Below, in pieces: positions 52,050 through 64,000 of a stretch of DNA of 64,000 nt (within the stretch, counting starts at the first letter, position 1; each line of letters begins with the position of its first letter). The translations under genes were made by a program, and so were the position numbers. This DNA is from Felis catus. Taxonomy: Eukaryota. The DNA lies in the NCBI RefSeq assembly GCF_018350175.1, contig NC_058368.1, positions 13,020,001 through 13,084,000 on the forward strand, read 5' to 3'. The notes beneath the pieces were generated by a model, which saw only the letters and a program-made list of their open reading frames with translations, was not told where the DNA came from and did not search any database.

Positions 52050-52271
52050 TTTTTTTTTTTTTTTCTTTCAACGTTTATTTATTTTTGGGACAGAGAGAGA
52101 CAGAGCATGAACGGGGGAGGGGCAGAGAGAGAGGGAGACACAGAATCGGAAACAGGCTCCAGGCTCTGAGCCATCATCCCAGAGCCCGACGCGGGGCTCA
52201 AACTCACGGACCGCGAGATCATGACCTGGCTGAAGTCGGACGCTTAACCGACTGCGCCACCCAGGCGCCCC
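52050..52271 (-). mobile_element. Young SINEC_Fc-type SINE
   Basis: CpGs retained, long poly(T); 17-bp TSD cagcctctggttatctt at 52033-52049 and 52272-52288. Confidence 0.97.
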
Positions 52272-52635
52272 CAGCCTCTGGTTATCTTATGAAGCTTCTC
52301 TCTTTGCTGCACCTTGGCTGCCTCTCAGAAGACAGCAAAGGCTCCAAGGCTATTACATAGAAACATTATCTGCCATACCTACCTTATACCAAATCCCAAA
52401 TGACTTTAGGTTCACACAGATCATAAAGAACGTTACTAAACCATAGGCTTCTCTTCTAGGACTCTTTCAGCAGCACAAAGCCTTGAAATGGCATATTTTT
52501 TTTTTCTTTTTTCTTTTCTTTCTCTTTCTTTCTTTTTTAAAATTGGGTCAGCTCAACTGCTTTGATAGAACTATCTTTGTTTGTTTATTTGTTTGTTTTA
52601 ATAAACACTGTCTGGAGGCCACACTAGGACTTAGA

Positions 52636-52873
52636 CTTTTTTTTTTTCAATATCTTTTAAATAGTTTTTAATGTTTATTTATATTTTGAGAGAGAGAGAG
52701 ACAGAGCATGAGCAGGGAAGGGGCAGAGAGAGAGGGAGAGACAGAATCCAAGAGGAGAGACAGGCTCTGAGCTGTCAGCACAGAGTCTGACACGGGGCTC
52801 GAACCCATGGACCATGAGATCCTGACCTGAGCTGAAGTTGGACGCTTAACTGACTGAGCCACCCAAAGGCCTC
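52636..52873 (-). mobile_element. Can-SINE
   Basis: Antisense SINEC body; degenerate TSD taggact. Confidence 0.92.
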
Positions 52874-54679
52874 GATAGGACTGTCTTTGAATATGGACAT
52901 TGCCAATGCTACTCTACCAGCTCTCATTATTCCCACACCATCATTTACAGCAGGAAGGCTTACAGTCATTTTGTTTTTATTATTGTTTTGAAAAATAGTT
53001 TCATTTCTGATACAGATAAATATGATACCTCAGACACAGAAAAAGAGCATTCCTAATGTATAAAATAAGTCATCACAGTCCAGATGTGGAAGCAAGGATG
53101 CTGGGAGAATGTTGTAGAAGCAGTCCAATTTGCGCTTATGAGCCCATGGCATGTAGGTAATCAGGGGAAGAAGAATCTGGAAATGTACACTGGCTTGGGC
53201 TAAGGAGATCCTTGGATGACAGGCATTTGTACTTTCCTTTGAGTGATTCCCTATCACTTACAAAATGAATGATCACCCAAACCAATGATGGTTTTTGAGT
53301 AGAAACTGTTTCATCTTTATAATTTTGCTTTAGGGCAGTATTTCATGAATAGGATAGAATCAACTCAGGTGCCTAAATGGAGGTGGAAAAATCCATAAGA
53401 CTTGCAGGAATTTCTTTGTATGCTTTGTGTGTATATAATAGATACAGAATTGAAGCAGTTTTTTTTTTAATACCTCATTTATTTGCTGGGCCTGTATAAA
53501 GGACTGGGAGCCTGTTTGATTTATTGTTTCAGTGAATTGAGTAATATTGTGTGGGTTGAAAAAGTCATTGCTATTATTTCTTTGTGGCAACTCTCAAAAA
53601 AAAAAAACCATGAGGAATTTAGTATTAGAAAGATCTGGCCACTCACATATAGTAAAAAAAAAAAACTTGGTATTTTTTACACAGTACTAAATTTGACTTC
53701 AACATAAGTCAAGGGCATATTTGCAAGGGTTTGTATGGCAGGTACAGAGTAGTTGTCAGGGCTCCTCAAGGTGGCCACAGCCAATATAAAGACCTGGAAT
53801 GGCTTTCCATCACAACCATCTCCTGACAAACGTCACATCCTGAGTATTGTGAGTGGTGAAATTGTCTTCCAGAGAAATAGAATCCACTCCATTCAATCTC
53901 CATGCAGAAGTCAGCCTCCAAATCCACAGTGTGTGTGTGGTGTGAGGTTTGGGGAGAAGGGGAAGGGCACAGGAGTATAGAAAGCTTTCATGTTGTACTT
54001 TTCACATTTCTGTATTGTTTTTATTTCTTCATATGCATAAATTGATTTTATAATGAACATAATATCGAAACAAATATGCAAGATGTCATCCCATTGTGTA
54101 AAATTATTCCTACTGTTTAGTAGTTACTTGACTAGGGCTTCTAAAATTAAGTTGAAAACTGAAGGTGTAACAGCTGTTTGAGACTTCTGCTTCGATACTA
54201 TTGGATTATTCGGAAGTCGAGTGGAGGTGAGTAGGAGCTGAGGGAGACTATATCTAATACAGCACTTGAACCTTCAGTCTATATTCTTTGGTTTATTTTA
54301 TCTCTCTCAAGAGACCACCTGCTAAGATAAATCAACTTTAATAATTTAATGCAGTCAGGGTGAAGTTTGAGTTAGAGCTGCCTTGCACCAAATTCTGCTT
54401 TGGCATTAGGATATTGGATCTACATATTGGGTTCTGGTCTACATATTGAGCCATTGAAAAGAGAAAAGAGAGACATATTTATTAGGTGTGAGGGAAGATA
54501 TATCTACTACGTACTTGTTTTTTTTATCCAAGCCCTGTGATAAATCTTTACTTAAGTTAATAACTTAATACCCATTGACATCCATGAGTAGATAAGAAAA
54601 AAAGTTTGGAGAGGTTGGGTAATTCACCAAAAATCACACAGTAAGTGATGGAGTCATCTTTTAGAATCCTTTTTATTTT

Positions 54680-54723
54680 TTTATTTTGTATTTAAAAAAA
54701 TTTTTTTAATGTTTTTATTTGTT

Positions 54724-54763
<40 letters not shown>

Positions 54764-54930
54764 TACTAGTGAGGGATGAGCAGAGAGAGAGGGAGACACA
54801 GAATCCGAAGCAGGCTCTAGGCTCTGAGCTGTCAGCACAGAGCCTGACACGGGGCTTTAACTCACAAACTGTGAGATCATGACCTGAGCCGAAGTTGGAC
54901 ACTCAACCAACTGAGCCACCCAGGCGCCCC
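54680..54930 (-). mobile_element. Can-SINE (SINEC_Fc2-like) inserted in a MIR
   Basis: 17-bp TSD agaatcctttttatttt at 54663-54679 and 54931-54947. Confidence 0.95.
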
Positions 54931-57589
54931 AGAATCCTTTTTATTTTCAAAGTCACGCTTTTCCTTACACAGTATGTCCCCCATTGATTAACGTAAAATC
55001 CACAGTGATTTATCTGAAGTAACTGAGTGTGAATAGCCCAGAAAAGGCAGAGCCATGATGGTGTGTATCACACCCAGAAGCTCCCTTTCCTGCCAGAGCT
55101 CAACTTAGCAAAATTATTCCTGAAGGCTGGACCTCAGGATGAAGAAGCAGTCACCAAATGTGTGTGTTTGGGGTGGGGTGGGGAGAGCATATTTACATGT
55201 TAATGAATTGGTACAATTTCTCAGTCTGAGAAGGAAGTAAACATCTTGAAAGACAAACACAGAGGAAACTAATGAAAACAAGTTCTCAGTGCCTTAAAAA
55301 CTGTTCGATGCCATTTTGATTGGCAGCCCAGGGAGGATGCTGTTTTTCTGTCGCGTCTTTATTACAGTTGCTGTGCAATTGTTCGCCCACCTCTCTGACT
55401 TTGCGTGCTCACTGTTCTTTGAGTTCAGAAATCAATTCTGGGCTGTATTTAAAGTGAAGAAAATATCTGTCTGGAAAAATTCTATATGGATTAACATAAT
55501 TAAACATGTTCCAACGGCAAAACTGGACTGTTGATTTGGTCACTTGTAACTGGAGGAGAAATCGGCGCGGTGGTTAGAGCAGCCATTCAGATCCCATGCT
55601 TCACAAGAATGTGCTTTCCTCCCGATTATCTCCCTTCAGCTCACAGCCCTCACTTCCTGAATGATTGACTCGGCCCTGGTTCCACAATGGCCAGGTCTCC
55701 ACTGTCAGGGCAGACATTTGTGCCAATCGCTGCACCTCGAGAATTGAGATGAAACTGCTTTCCCCCTAAATTACTTGAAAAATTGCCTCAATTTCCTTTT
55801 TCATTTTTGCTAGATGAGGCCTGGCCTTTAGTTGAGAGGGTCTAGCCCAACTAGGCCATTACTGAGTGAGTCCTGCAGGGCCATTTCTAAAATGCCATTG
55901 TATAGTCATTGCAGTCCATTTTAGCGGCTGGGATATTATCGCTTTGAGCTTTCGGGGTTTCTTCCCTCTGGAAAGCTCAAGCCTCTTGTCAAATTTCAAA
56001 AGTATTGAATGTATGCAAAATGGAAAATGGAGAGAATGATGAAAAAATTAGGTGCCCCATATTTATAAATGTGAATATGCTCATGTCAGGTATGTTTTCC
56101 TTGTTACATGTTCTATAAAGAGGGTCTTGTCCTCTCAAATAAGAGGGTTCCTCTCTAAGGAGAACAGGCTAAGCATTTCAGCTGTTGAAGCTATTGCAAA
56201 TTTTTACATATGCAAACTTCTAAAGATATGACGCAGTGGTATGATGTATATTAAGTGCCTACTGTATGGCCCATGCTTTACTTACTTCATTTCACTGAAT
56301 TCTGAAGGGAATCTTATCATCAGGCATTTCCCTCATTTTTCATAGATGCCTGGCTCTAGACCTTAATCTCTATTGGAGCAGAGATGATGGGACATTTATT
56401 CACTGCTATCTTCCAAGGAACAAACGAGAGAGTGATGGGTACTTATAATGTGTATTTGGTGAATTAACACTCACCCTCAGTGGATGTTTATTAACTGTTT
56501 TGAACTGAACTACTTGATGAAACTGAAGGTTGGCAAAGTGAAGTGACATACCTAAGGTCTCAAAATCATTAAATAATGGGCCAGAATTCAATTCAGTTCT
56601 GGTCTCTTTATTTTGGAGTCCTTTATTTAGACTTGAGTTGTCAAGAACCCTTCCTGTAGATCACTTATCTTGCTTCTCTCAGTACCTCTGTGAGTAGGTA
56701 CCATTCCTGATGGATTACTAAGCCTGTGTGCATTTTCTGGGACACACTCCCTCCCTCCCAACTCACAAATCTGGTTCTTCCTGTTAGTGAAGCAGGAACC
56801 TTTTCAGTATCAGGCAGAAATGGCAACTTGGAGACTCACAGGAGGAGTGACTGAGAGATTGACTTCTGACAGACATTAATCTTCTGTGCCTGAGGGATAG
56901 GTGGCCCTCATGATCTCTATTCTCTGCCTTTGACAGGTGAAAAGATGTGACAGCTCTGAGTACTCAGAGAACCAGTCCATGGTGGAACTGAGGACTTTTC
57001 TGGGATTAGCTAAAGTCTTCTCATGTGAAGGAAACAAAGTGTTCTTAAATCCAAGTGAAACCAGAGCTGAGCTGTGCATTTATTTAGGAATTCAGTCATG
57101 AACACGAGAAGAGACTAAGCAGGAAGAAAGCCAACAAATGATGAAAAGATACAGGGATTTTGGCTTATGACATAATTTGTTAGGGAGCATAAACGCCTGA
57201 AACATGCAGATTCCAGGGTAAGAGAACAGTCAGCAATGGGGAGGAATGTGGAAGATGAGGACTTACAAAAGTTAGTCTGTGGAGTTTTTAAATATAATTT
57301 AGGTCTTTCTATGATTTTCAAATTTAGTCCCTAAATTATCCAAGTAAACAGATGTAACTCTGTAAATGTTTAACCCTTCTCACGAATTCCTTTTTATTTA
57401 AAAATGTAGAATTGAGGAGAAAATAGAGCTGAATGATTAATACTCTTCTTTACTGCAAAACGTGGTCTTCGATCTCTGGATCAAAAGTCAAAAGACCCAT
57501 GTCTTAGTATCAAGTCTTCCCTTGCTTACTTGCTTACTAACTGAATCGTCTTGGAAGGTCCTTTCGGTCTTTTAACCTTGGCTCCTGCA

Positions 57590-57815
57590 TGCAGTCGTGG
57601 CATAGCACTGTGGAGGCCACTGCCTTGGATTTGTGACTTGCCTGGAAGCACTAACTTACCTGTCTGAATTGGCATGCTTCTTAGCTGCTCTGTGCCTCAG
57701 TTTCCTGTCTCTAGAATGACAAGAACGGTAGGATCTGCCTCACTGCTTATCTGCAAGAGTGCCGTGATTCTCACAACACGTTAAGCACGTTGAACAGAGC
57801 ATGGCACAATAATGT
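57590..57815 (+). mobile_element. MIR
   Basis: ctctgtgcctcagtttcctgtctctagaatg...taagcacgttgaacagagcatggcaca. Confidence 0.65.
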
Positions 57816-59869
57816 GTCACATCTGGGGGATGGGGACCCACAATTGTAAGGATCGATCGAATGGCTACATTGTGAAAACTTTGTGTGTGTAATGTGCATA
57901 TGTGCTTAAGTAAACGAGAAGCATTGATGTCATTATCACGTCATTTTGCCTTTTTTGTCTGCTTGCTCATTTTCCTCAAATTGCTTTATGAATGCACAGT
58001 TCTCCCTAAAGAAATAGGGCCCTGGAATCAGGATCTCTGTATAGAATTTCCTTTGTATTCTTTAACATCATTCAACAATATTTATAACACTTGGCTGTTT
58101 TCAAAGCCCTTTTTAAGACACCTCAGTCACTCCGTGAGGCAATCCTGAATGGTACATGTTTGTGTAATTCTTTCTTCACAGTTGAAGGAACTGAGGCTCA
58201 CGGAGGTGATTTATTCGGTATTCCTTGGGGGCGGGAGGAGCAAGAGGCACATCTGTGTTATGAACCCAGATCTTTCCATTCCAAGGTCCATGTTCTCCTA
58301 ACCTCACCAGGCTGCCTCTTGTGTTTACTGACCCATCACTCAGAGTCAATCAATCTGAAATGCACAAGGGTCTGGCCTGCTCCGGAGCAGTTTCCTTAGA
58401 AAGGCAGGAGTCTAGACCCATCCTGTGATTGACTAAGAGAGCCTCCTTGGCCCCCCAACCCCATTCCCCAGTCTCTTTTCCCTCTAGCTCTGGCTGATCC
58501 AGGAGCTCGCCTCCCACATGGTCACGTGGATGGCACAGTAACGGCTGGGGCCTTAGAGCAGTAGCTAGAGCCAACCTCTTTTTATAACTCCCACTTTGCT
58601 GAATTATTACAATAATTGCACCCCATCTATGCTATGTGAGGTTGCTCTCCAGGGGCAGAAGGTCAGCAGCTAATCAGCTGTCCTTTGCCTCGCGGAGATA
58701 TTTGAGCAACATGCCACAGTGGTTCAGAGCTGGCCCATACACGGGTCTGCAGCCTCTGCCTGAGTCTCTCTATTCCCATCTGGGCAGGCTCCGCTCAGTG
58801 GAGGTGAGGGTCATAAGGCGCCATGCGTTCTCAAATCACTCCACAGTAATACTCTTTATAGGTCCTATTATTGTCAGTAGAACACAATTTTGAGGCCTGT
58901 ATGTGATTAGGGCAGATGGCCAGCTGGAGGCATTTGAAGAAAATATCTTTTTACATTTCCTTTTATTGAATTTGGAGAATTCGAGGTTTAATGCAGAGTT
59001 TTGTACTGCATGTCGACACAGCAAAACTTGGAAGAAAATCTTTTAAAACTACAGATGGATCTTGGAAAAGCTTTGATTAAATAGTTGTTAGCGAGTCACA
59101 TTTCCCTGCACTCATCACAGTCCCTTCTCTAACAACAGTGATATTCACCTTTGATTTCATTATTTTATAAACGAAGACAGAAGGGAAAATGAAATACAAT
59201 TTAATGAGTCTTTTACGCACCCAATATGCAAAAAGAGAGACCTATAGGACACACGAAGCATAAGCCAGCACACCGCCAAGCTTTCTAGGCATGAGATTTT
59301 TTAAATAAAAAATCACTGGTTATAGAATCAATAACCGGGTTTTCTGATTAAAATGTAATCAACTTTCAGCAATGTTTCCTCTTTACCCCTAAGGCACTCA
59401 ATGCATGCCGTGTGCATAAGTCAGGAACCTCCTAAGCGATAGGGTTTTGCTTCTCCTGTTCTTAGAGTTGAAGGGGGTATGTGACAGTGTAGTGTTATAT
59501 CACTTTTGTGTTTATGATTATAAGTCTTCTCTCTTCTGGAAACTCAATTGTACACTCCTAGAGGGCGGAGATTAGGAGTTCAATGTCTTCGGTGTTACCC
59601 GTGCTCTGAATGTAGCAGGCCTGTATCTCAGGCGTGGGAGGCAAAGGAAAGCAGAGGGTTTCTATGTGCCCAACTGTTTTAATATGCAAAATATTGGCTC
59701 ATATTCCAACACAGCTGTTTGGTCCTTTAATCTGTGGGATGAGTACTACAGAAGGTTTTGAAATGAAAAAAAAAAGCTATACAGAAAGGGGGTCTATTTA
59801 TTTATTTTATAGGATCCCTAGAGGCAATTGATCTAGATGCTATTTCTTCCCATCCATAGTGGACTCTGC

Positions 59870-60250
59870 TAAGTGTTTACCAAGATATGTTTCCTTTCTT
59901 TCCCAGCACTCAACTAGAACTCATTTCCTAGTTGCCCCTTACAGTTTGGTATAGCCACACAAATGACTGAACTATAGTGAATGGAATATGAGCAGAAGTG
60001 ACATTTGTCATATCTGGGCCTGCTTTAAATCTCCCACACATGTTCTTCCATATTTTTCCCATTTTTGGAGACTTTAGAAGACATGAGTGAGACATGACAA
60101 AGTCATTATCAGCCTGGTGCCCTGAATGACTCCTCCCACTGACTTGAATTCACCCTGAGCCCCCTTGACCTACCACATGAGGGGCCTCCAAATAGCATTA
60201 CATGTTGGATCTATTTGCTACCGCAGTCTCACATACCCTAACTAATTCAC
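59870..60250 (+). mobile_element. MaLR MLT1J-like LTR
   Basis: catttcctagttgccccttacagtt...aatggaatatgagcagaagtgacatttgtca...accctaactaattca. Confidence 0.65.
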
Positions 60251-60617
60251 CTGCAACTGTTGAGTTAGGATAAATATTACTTCCAGGTAAAAACTGAGAG
60301 ATCACTCGAGTAAGATTCTCAGCAACGTTGGTAGGGCACATTATCCACAGAGATGGAACAGACAGGACCAATGTGATATTAAAGGTTCTACCTTTGCTGT
60401 AGCATTTCTCAAAGTGCTATTCAACAGATGTCCAAAACAAGCTGAGTGGGCCATAGAATCTGCCGAAAGCTCACTGCCAAATTAACGATGATGGATGAAA
60501 AAGCAATACTCAAGACTTTAGCAAGTAAGCAAAAGGGATCTCAGATGAATATATGAGCCATCTGGGATTCTGCTACGGGGTGGGAAAGGAATTGGGAAGC
60601 TCAGAGCACCAGTGATA

Positions 60618-60620
<3 letters not shown>

Positions 60621-60661
<41 letters not shown>

Positions 60662-60696
60662 TGTGTATGTGTGAGTGTATGAGTATATGTATGTGG
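60621..60696. repeat. (TG)n microsatellite with degenerate tail
   Basis: Pure TG run ~60621-60657. Confidence 0.96.
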
Positions 60697-61400
60697 ATAC
60701 CGAAAGCCTTAGATTTCTTTTCCTTACCTTTTCTTGCCACTGCTTTTGTTATCAATTCTCTTTGATAACCTTCCCTCAAGCAGGTATGCCTAAGGGAAGC
60801 AAGGGTGGCATATTAATTACATCCAGTAAAAGCAGAAAGTAGGTCTCAAAAGAGTATGTGCAATCAATTTTTTTGGTTGTTGTTATGGAGGATATGGAAT
60901 TTACATCAACTAGGAGTTATTTAGTGCATTTGCTTATATTTTTCAAAAATGTCTGAAGTTTTTTGCTTTCTAACCTTGTGCTTTTTAATCTAGAGAATTA
61001 TAGTTTTCATCTGAGGCCAAAAATAATGATTTACTGTCGAGACTAGGTTTATTTGGCTAGTCATGAGATGTAGAGGCAATTTGAGATTTTCATTTTTATC
61101 ACTATACATAAAAATCTGATTAACAAGTACTTTTCAGTAGTCTCATTGTCTTTCAGAATCACCTCTACTTTCTTACATTTTAAATCATACTTTAATTTTT
61201 AAAGGAGTCTGCCTTTTCTGGGGTCTCTTTAAAGCTCTCTGCTGGTCTATTGAGGAGGAGGTCATAAGGAATTTGATTTTCTTTCCTTCTGATTGGCTAA
61301 AGAAAAGAGTGAGACTTTTCTGATGTGTGCACATGTATTAATCCTAAGGTTTATTGTGTAATTCAAAAGTCACAAACAAGGCCCAGAGAATGACTTTTCA

Positions 61401-61462
61401 TTTTCTTTTCTTTCTTTCACCCTCCCTCCCTCCCTCCCTCCCTCCCTCCCTCCCTTCCCGTT

Positions 61463-61531
<69 letters not shown>

Positions 61532-61550
61532 TTTCTCTCTTCTTTCTTTC
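61401..61550. repeat. Compound (CCCT)n-(TTTC)n repeat
   Basis: Read directly. Confidence 0.96.
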
Positions 61551-61929
61551 GCCAAGTCTTTAAAAGTACCTAAATGTTTATTAGAACTGGTAGCACTGTG
61601 CTCACATTTCTGCCTGCAGTAATTGGCTGGACCCAAGTAGAGACTGCTTTCTTAAGTGGCTGGTGCACTTCTTTGCCAGAGTGCCTCCCACTTGCTCATT
61701 GTATACACATACACCTGGGTTACATGGGTTGCTTCACTTATGTGTGATATTTTTCCGATCTGTGTACAGATTTGAGTTTGCAACCTTGGGTTTAATTGTT
61801 AAACTGTGCTTCTGTGTTTGTGTTTATAAATGCATATAATTAAGAAATCAATTAGTATAAATTGGTAGAACTGAAGGAGATTTTAACCTATTATCAATAT
61901 ATTCTAGGTGGTTCAGGACCAGAAAAGAA

Positions 61930-62480
61930 ACCTCTATGCCATTCTAATTTATGAAAGTACATGTAAACATTAAAAATAAAGTATTAGCTGTATATGAAAA
62001 GATCAGGAAGTATTTAGTCAAGTATTGCAAGAAACATTAATGTAAAAAGTATATCGTAATTTATTATAGTAACAAATCAAAAGTAAAATTAATCATCATC
62101 ATTTCAATAGAATTTAACAAAATTTTACACCTATTCATGATTCAAACAACAACAAAAAAATCTCATATTGGTATGGAAGGAAATCTCTAATTCCATAAAA
62201 AATACCTGTCAGAAATCCAGAACTGATCACACTATTAATGGTAAAATATTAAGTGTGTTCCCATCAGGTTCAAAAGTAAGATAAGGAAGCCTATTGTGAT
62301 TGTTGATATTCAAGGTTGTGTGAAAAGTTCTAGCTAATACAATAAAAGGAGGAGAAGTGAATATGTGTAAATATTGGCAAGAAGGAGGAAAAACTAATTG
62401 AACAGGGTGTACAATCTACCTAGAAAAAGAATGAAATCAGTTAGCAACATATGTTTGTTTAACAAGGTGGTCAGATACAC
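61930..62480 (+). mobile_element. Ancient L1M ORF2 fragment
   Basis: Degenerate RT-region landmarks (aacaaaattttacacctattcatgatt, ttaatggtaaaatattaagtgtgttccc, aaagttctagctaatacaataa). Confidence 0.55.
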
Positions 62481-62990
62481 CAGTGGATAATGAGTTCATC
62501 AATCATGCCTATGTAATGTGTCATGAGACTTTGATAAAAACCTTTGAACAAGTTGAACAGTGATTCAGAGAGTTTGTGGATTGGTGAGCACATTGATGTG
62601 CTGGATGGGTGGCATATCCAGACACAGTATAGAAACTCTGCATCTTACTCCCCCCATACTTTGCCCAATACTTCTCTTCCATTTGGCTGTTCCTGGATAG
62701 TATCCTTTAGAATAAAAATGTCATCAGAAGCATAGTTCTTTTTTTATTTTTATGAGTCATTCTGGCAAATAATCAAAATGAATTTGTCTTCAGTTGTGCA
62801 GAAGTGTGAGTAGCCTGGGGATCCCACCTGCAACTGATATCTGATGTGGGGCCAGGCTTGTAGGACTGTGCCCTTAATCTATGGGACATGTGCTGACTCC
62901 TTGTAGCTAGTGTCAGAATTTAAATGAATTGTAGGACACCCAGTTCATTTCAGAGAATTGGAGAATTAGTTGTTGTTGGAAAGACACAGT
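62480..62990 (+). mobile_element. MER21-like LTR
   Basis: tcaatcatgcctatgtaatg, gattggtgagcacattgatgtgctgg, ttccatttggctgttcctg, gtgtcagaatttaaatgaattgtaggacacccag. Confidence 0.7.
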
Positions 62991-64000
62991 CATGGTTAAC
63001 AAAAGAATAAACAGTGAAAAAGTCTTGCAGAGGAAAAAATGGTACATTGGCGTATGTGACAAATTGAGCAAAATTATTGGCATGCAAAGATCAAAAATTG
63101 GTAGTTGAAACAGCTACCATCAAAAGAGCTATCTCAGAATGTCACTATCAAAATATTATGTGATCATATTTACAGCCATCATACAATCTTTTTCAAGTGT
63201 CATTGAGGTGCACAGAGCACAGCACTATTTTGATTTTTGAGCGATGTGATCCCAGAAACATACTTATTGCACGCTGTGAACCCTATCCCACATAAAAGGT
63301 TACCAACATGTAAAGAAACATCAAGACTTGCTAGCATATGTGGGCAAGAAGGATAAAATATAAAGAAGCAGAGGAATCCTTAGAATGAGGAAGATCTAAT
63401 TACAAATTAAAATGCTATGATCGTCTCCAAAAACTGTCTGGAACAAACAGAAAGGATATCTGCACATGCATGTGTCCATCTATCCACACACGTACATACA
63501 GAGCAAAGAGTCTGCTAGCACTCGCGGGAGACGGGGAGAGGTAGACGGAGGAGGGAGAGTGCGGAATGGTGCAAGTAGGAACCAAGTAGGGGGAGACGTC
63601 CATTTTCCCCTTTTGTGTGTCCTCATGTATTATTTGAATTATATTTCTCATGATCACATGTGGATGTCACCTCAAAATTAATAAAATAGAACAAAATTCA
63701 AGCCTTATTGTCAGTCACATTTTATGAATGAGGAAACTGGAGTTCTTACATACAAAGTCAAATGACATCTCCTTCCAGAGCACCTGCTATACTTCACTTT
63801 CAGGCATCAGAATTATAGATCGCTCATATTAAAGGTCTGTCTGTACCATTCAGGAAGGCATATAGGTTTTTAGATAATAAACAGCCATATGAAATTCTGA
63901 GGTCTTTCCAGGACATTGGGAGAGTGTGGGATTCATGAAACTGTTCTCTCAGCCTGATGAGGAGAAAATGAAACCGTATCATCCCAAGCACCCATAGAAT

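Noticed and set aside
52001..52360. 119-aa ORF and similar short ORFs at other SINEs
   Set aside because: Read-through of Can-SINE sequence
60420..60530. Possible exon between aacag and gtaagc
   Set aside because: All three plus-strand frames contain stops and the polypyrimidine tract is weak
709..62990. Two same-strand MER21-like LTRs near the window ends, as a possible giant provirus
   Set aside because: They are ~62 kb apart, clearly diverged from each other, and enclose older MIR/L2 repeats with no gag/pol/env; independent solo LTRs

Overview
Non-coding, repeat-rich mammalian DNA. The SINE and L1 subfamilies point to a felid (cat family) genome. I found no host protein-coding exon, RNA gene or CRISPR array that I can support. 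The dominant feature is a full-length (~6.2 kb) but inactivated carnivore LINE-1 (3674-9853, + strand) with a perfect 13-bp target-site duplication (TSD). A +1 frameshift joins its ORF1 to the start of ORF2, and a young Can-SINE interrupts its endonuclease domain. The rest is 14 tRNA-derived Can-SINEs (11 on the minus strand), ancient L1M/L2/MIR fragments, MaLR/ERVL/ERV1 solo LTRs, DNA-transposon MITEs (MER53, Tigger2a-like, MADE2), microsatellites and a few repeat-free stretches with enhancer-like motifs. Nearly all short ORFs in the track come from repeats or simple sequence. Repeat family names are from recalled consensus sequences and need RepeatMasker/Dfam confirmation; boundaries of old repeats are approximate. 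I see no convincing novel biological system; the findings are local transposon-biology oddities and candidate regulatory sites.
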